From: a virus
Lineage: Duplodnaviria; Heunggongvirae; Uroviricota; Caudoviricetes; Schitoviridae
DNA length: 64,000 bases
Virus record (IMG/VR): IMGVR_UViG_2974642717_000001
Location: 14,146 to 78,145 of that record
Direction: 5' to 3' (one strand)
Numbering within the stretch: position 1 is the first letter of the stretch; each line of letters begins with the position of its first letter. Below the pieces are notes generated by a model. The model had not been told where the DNA came from. It did not search any database and worked only from the letters and a program-made list of their open reading frames with translations. Made by a program: the position numbers and the translations under genes. Below are positions 63,440 through 64,000 of this stretch, one piece after another.

Positions 63440-64000
63440 TTATTTCTCCTCGTAGTAGGTTTTAGATACAAGAGCTTTCGTCTCGTTAGCTGAGAACCAT
63501 AGATCTGTACCGTCCATTAGGCGTTCCACATCTCGTTCATCTAGGTACTTTGAGTAGATGTCAGCGTAGACTTCGTTCATGTATTTCTTTTGATACTCCA
63601 TCTGTTTCTCTGTATCGGAGCCTTTACCTACTATACCACCTGATTCACGGTGAAGCATTAGCGAGCCAAACTTACCTACTTGTTTGTTCTTACAAGCTAG
63701 GAAGATTAGGGAGCCTGCTGAGAAACCATCACCTACTAGGCGTGCTGTTACGTTACCTTTACATTGTTCGATTGCATCGATTAGGTGTACTGCTGTGTCT
63801 AAACGACCACCTGGGGTATTGATTGTTACTAGTACCTTGTCGCCTTTACGTGCTTGACGGAGGATTTCAAATTCACGACTGTAGTCACTAGGCTGTTCAA
63901 TAGCCTCTAGTAAGTCGATGTACCCTACACGGTAATCACCATGGTCGGTGAATAGTGGAATGTCTTTAGCTGGTGCTTTTGGAATTAGTAGATCGATCAT
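63440..64000 (-). CDS. ClpP-like serine protease (S14 family); start at or beyond window edge
   Basis: 'TINTPGGRLDTAVHLIDAIEQCKGNVTARLVGDGFSAGSLIFLAC' aligns with ClpP 'INSPGG...G.AASMG..LL.AG' around the catalytic Ser. Confidence 0.6.
   Translation of the reverse strand: MIDLLIPKAPAKDIPLFTDHGDYRVGYIDLLEAIEQPSDYSREFEILRQARKGDKVLVTINTPGGRLDTAVHLIDAIEQCKGNVTARLVGDGFSAGSLIFLACKNKQVGKFGSLMLHRESGGIVGKGSDTEKQMEYQKKYMNEVYADIYSKYLDERDVERLMDGTDLWFSANETKALVSKTYYEEK

Overview
This window is a large piece of an N4-like (Schitoviridae-type) podophage genome; the family is identified from motifs I recognise by eye, not from a database search. Coordinates 1-20.3 kb on the + strand are the late/structural module: putative portal, scaffold-like acidic protein, major capsid protein, several virion proteins, and a 3344-aa virion RNA polymerase (vRNAP). 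The vRNAP carries T7-like motifs A, B and C and an N-terminal T4-lysozyme-like domain. It converges on a bidirectional terminator at ~20.3 kb. From 20.4 kb to 64 kb everything except one gene is on the - strand. In order these are: an acidic protein, a RusA-like resolvase and an SSB-like protein; an ATPase, a DksA/TraR-like zinc finger, a primase and a PD-(D/E)XK exonuclease. Next comes a nucleotide-metabolism block with anaerobic RNR NrdD, class I RNR NrdB and NrdA, and a ThyX gene split by an HNH-encoding intron-like insertion. Then come a family-A DNA polymerase, a vWA/metallopeptidase-like protein, a ~6.4 kb accessory island, a MoxR-type AAA ATPase and a 659-aa protein. The accessory island (~39.8-46.2 kb) holds Cys-rich small proteins, an AP2-like homing-endonuclease-type paralog, the only +-strand gene in the block, a lipoprotein, an SPFH/band-7 protein, a long coiled-coil protein and a cold-shock protein. 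After the 659-aa protein come two more AP2-like paralogs. The early region (52.4-64 kb) holds about 30 small translationally coupled genes, the two split T7-like RNAPII subunits, and a ClpP-like protease at the window edge. The early region is punctuated by intrinsic terminators and at least seven copies of a conserved C-GTA-G mini-hairpin that are very likely vRNAP hairpin promoters. No tRNA, rRNA or CRISPR array was found. The most unusual features are the accessory island with its SPFH/coiled-coil membrane module, the lysozyme-fused vRNAP, the interrupted thyX with a KHK variant of the RHR motif, the three AP2-like selfish-gene paralogs, and a virion membrane protein with foreign codon usage.
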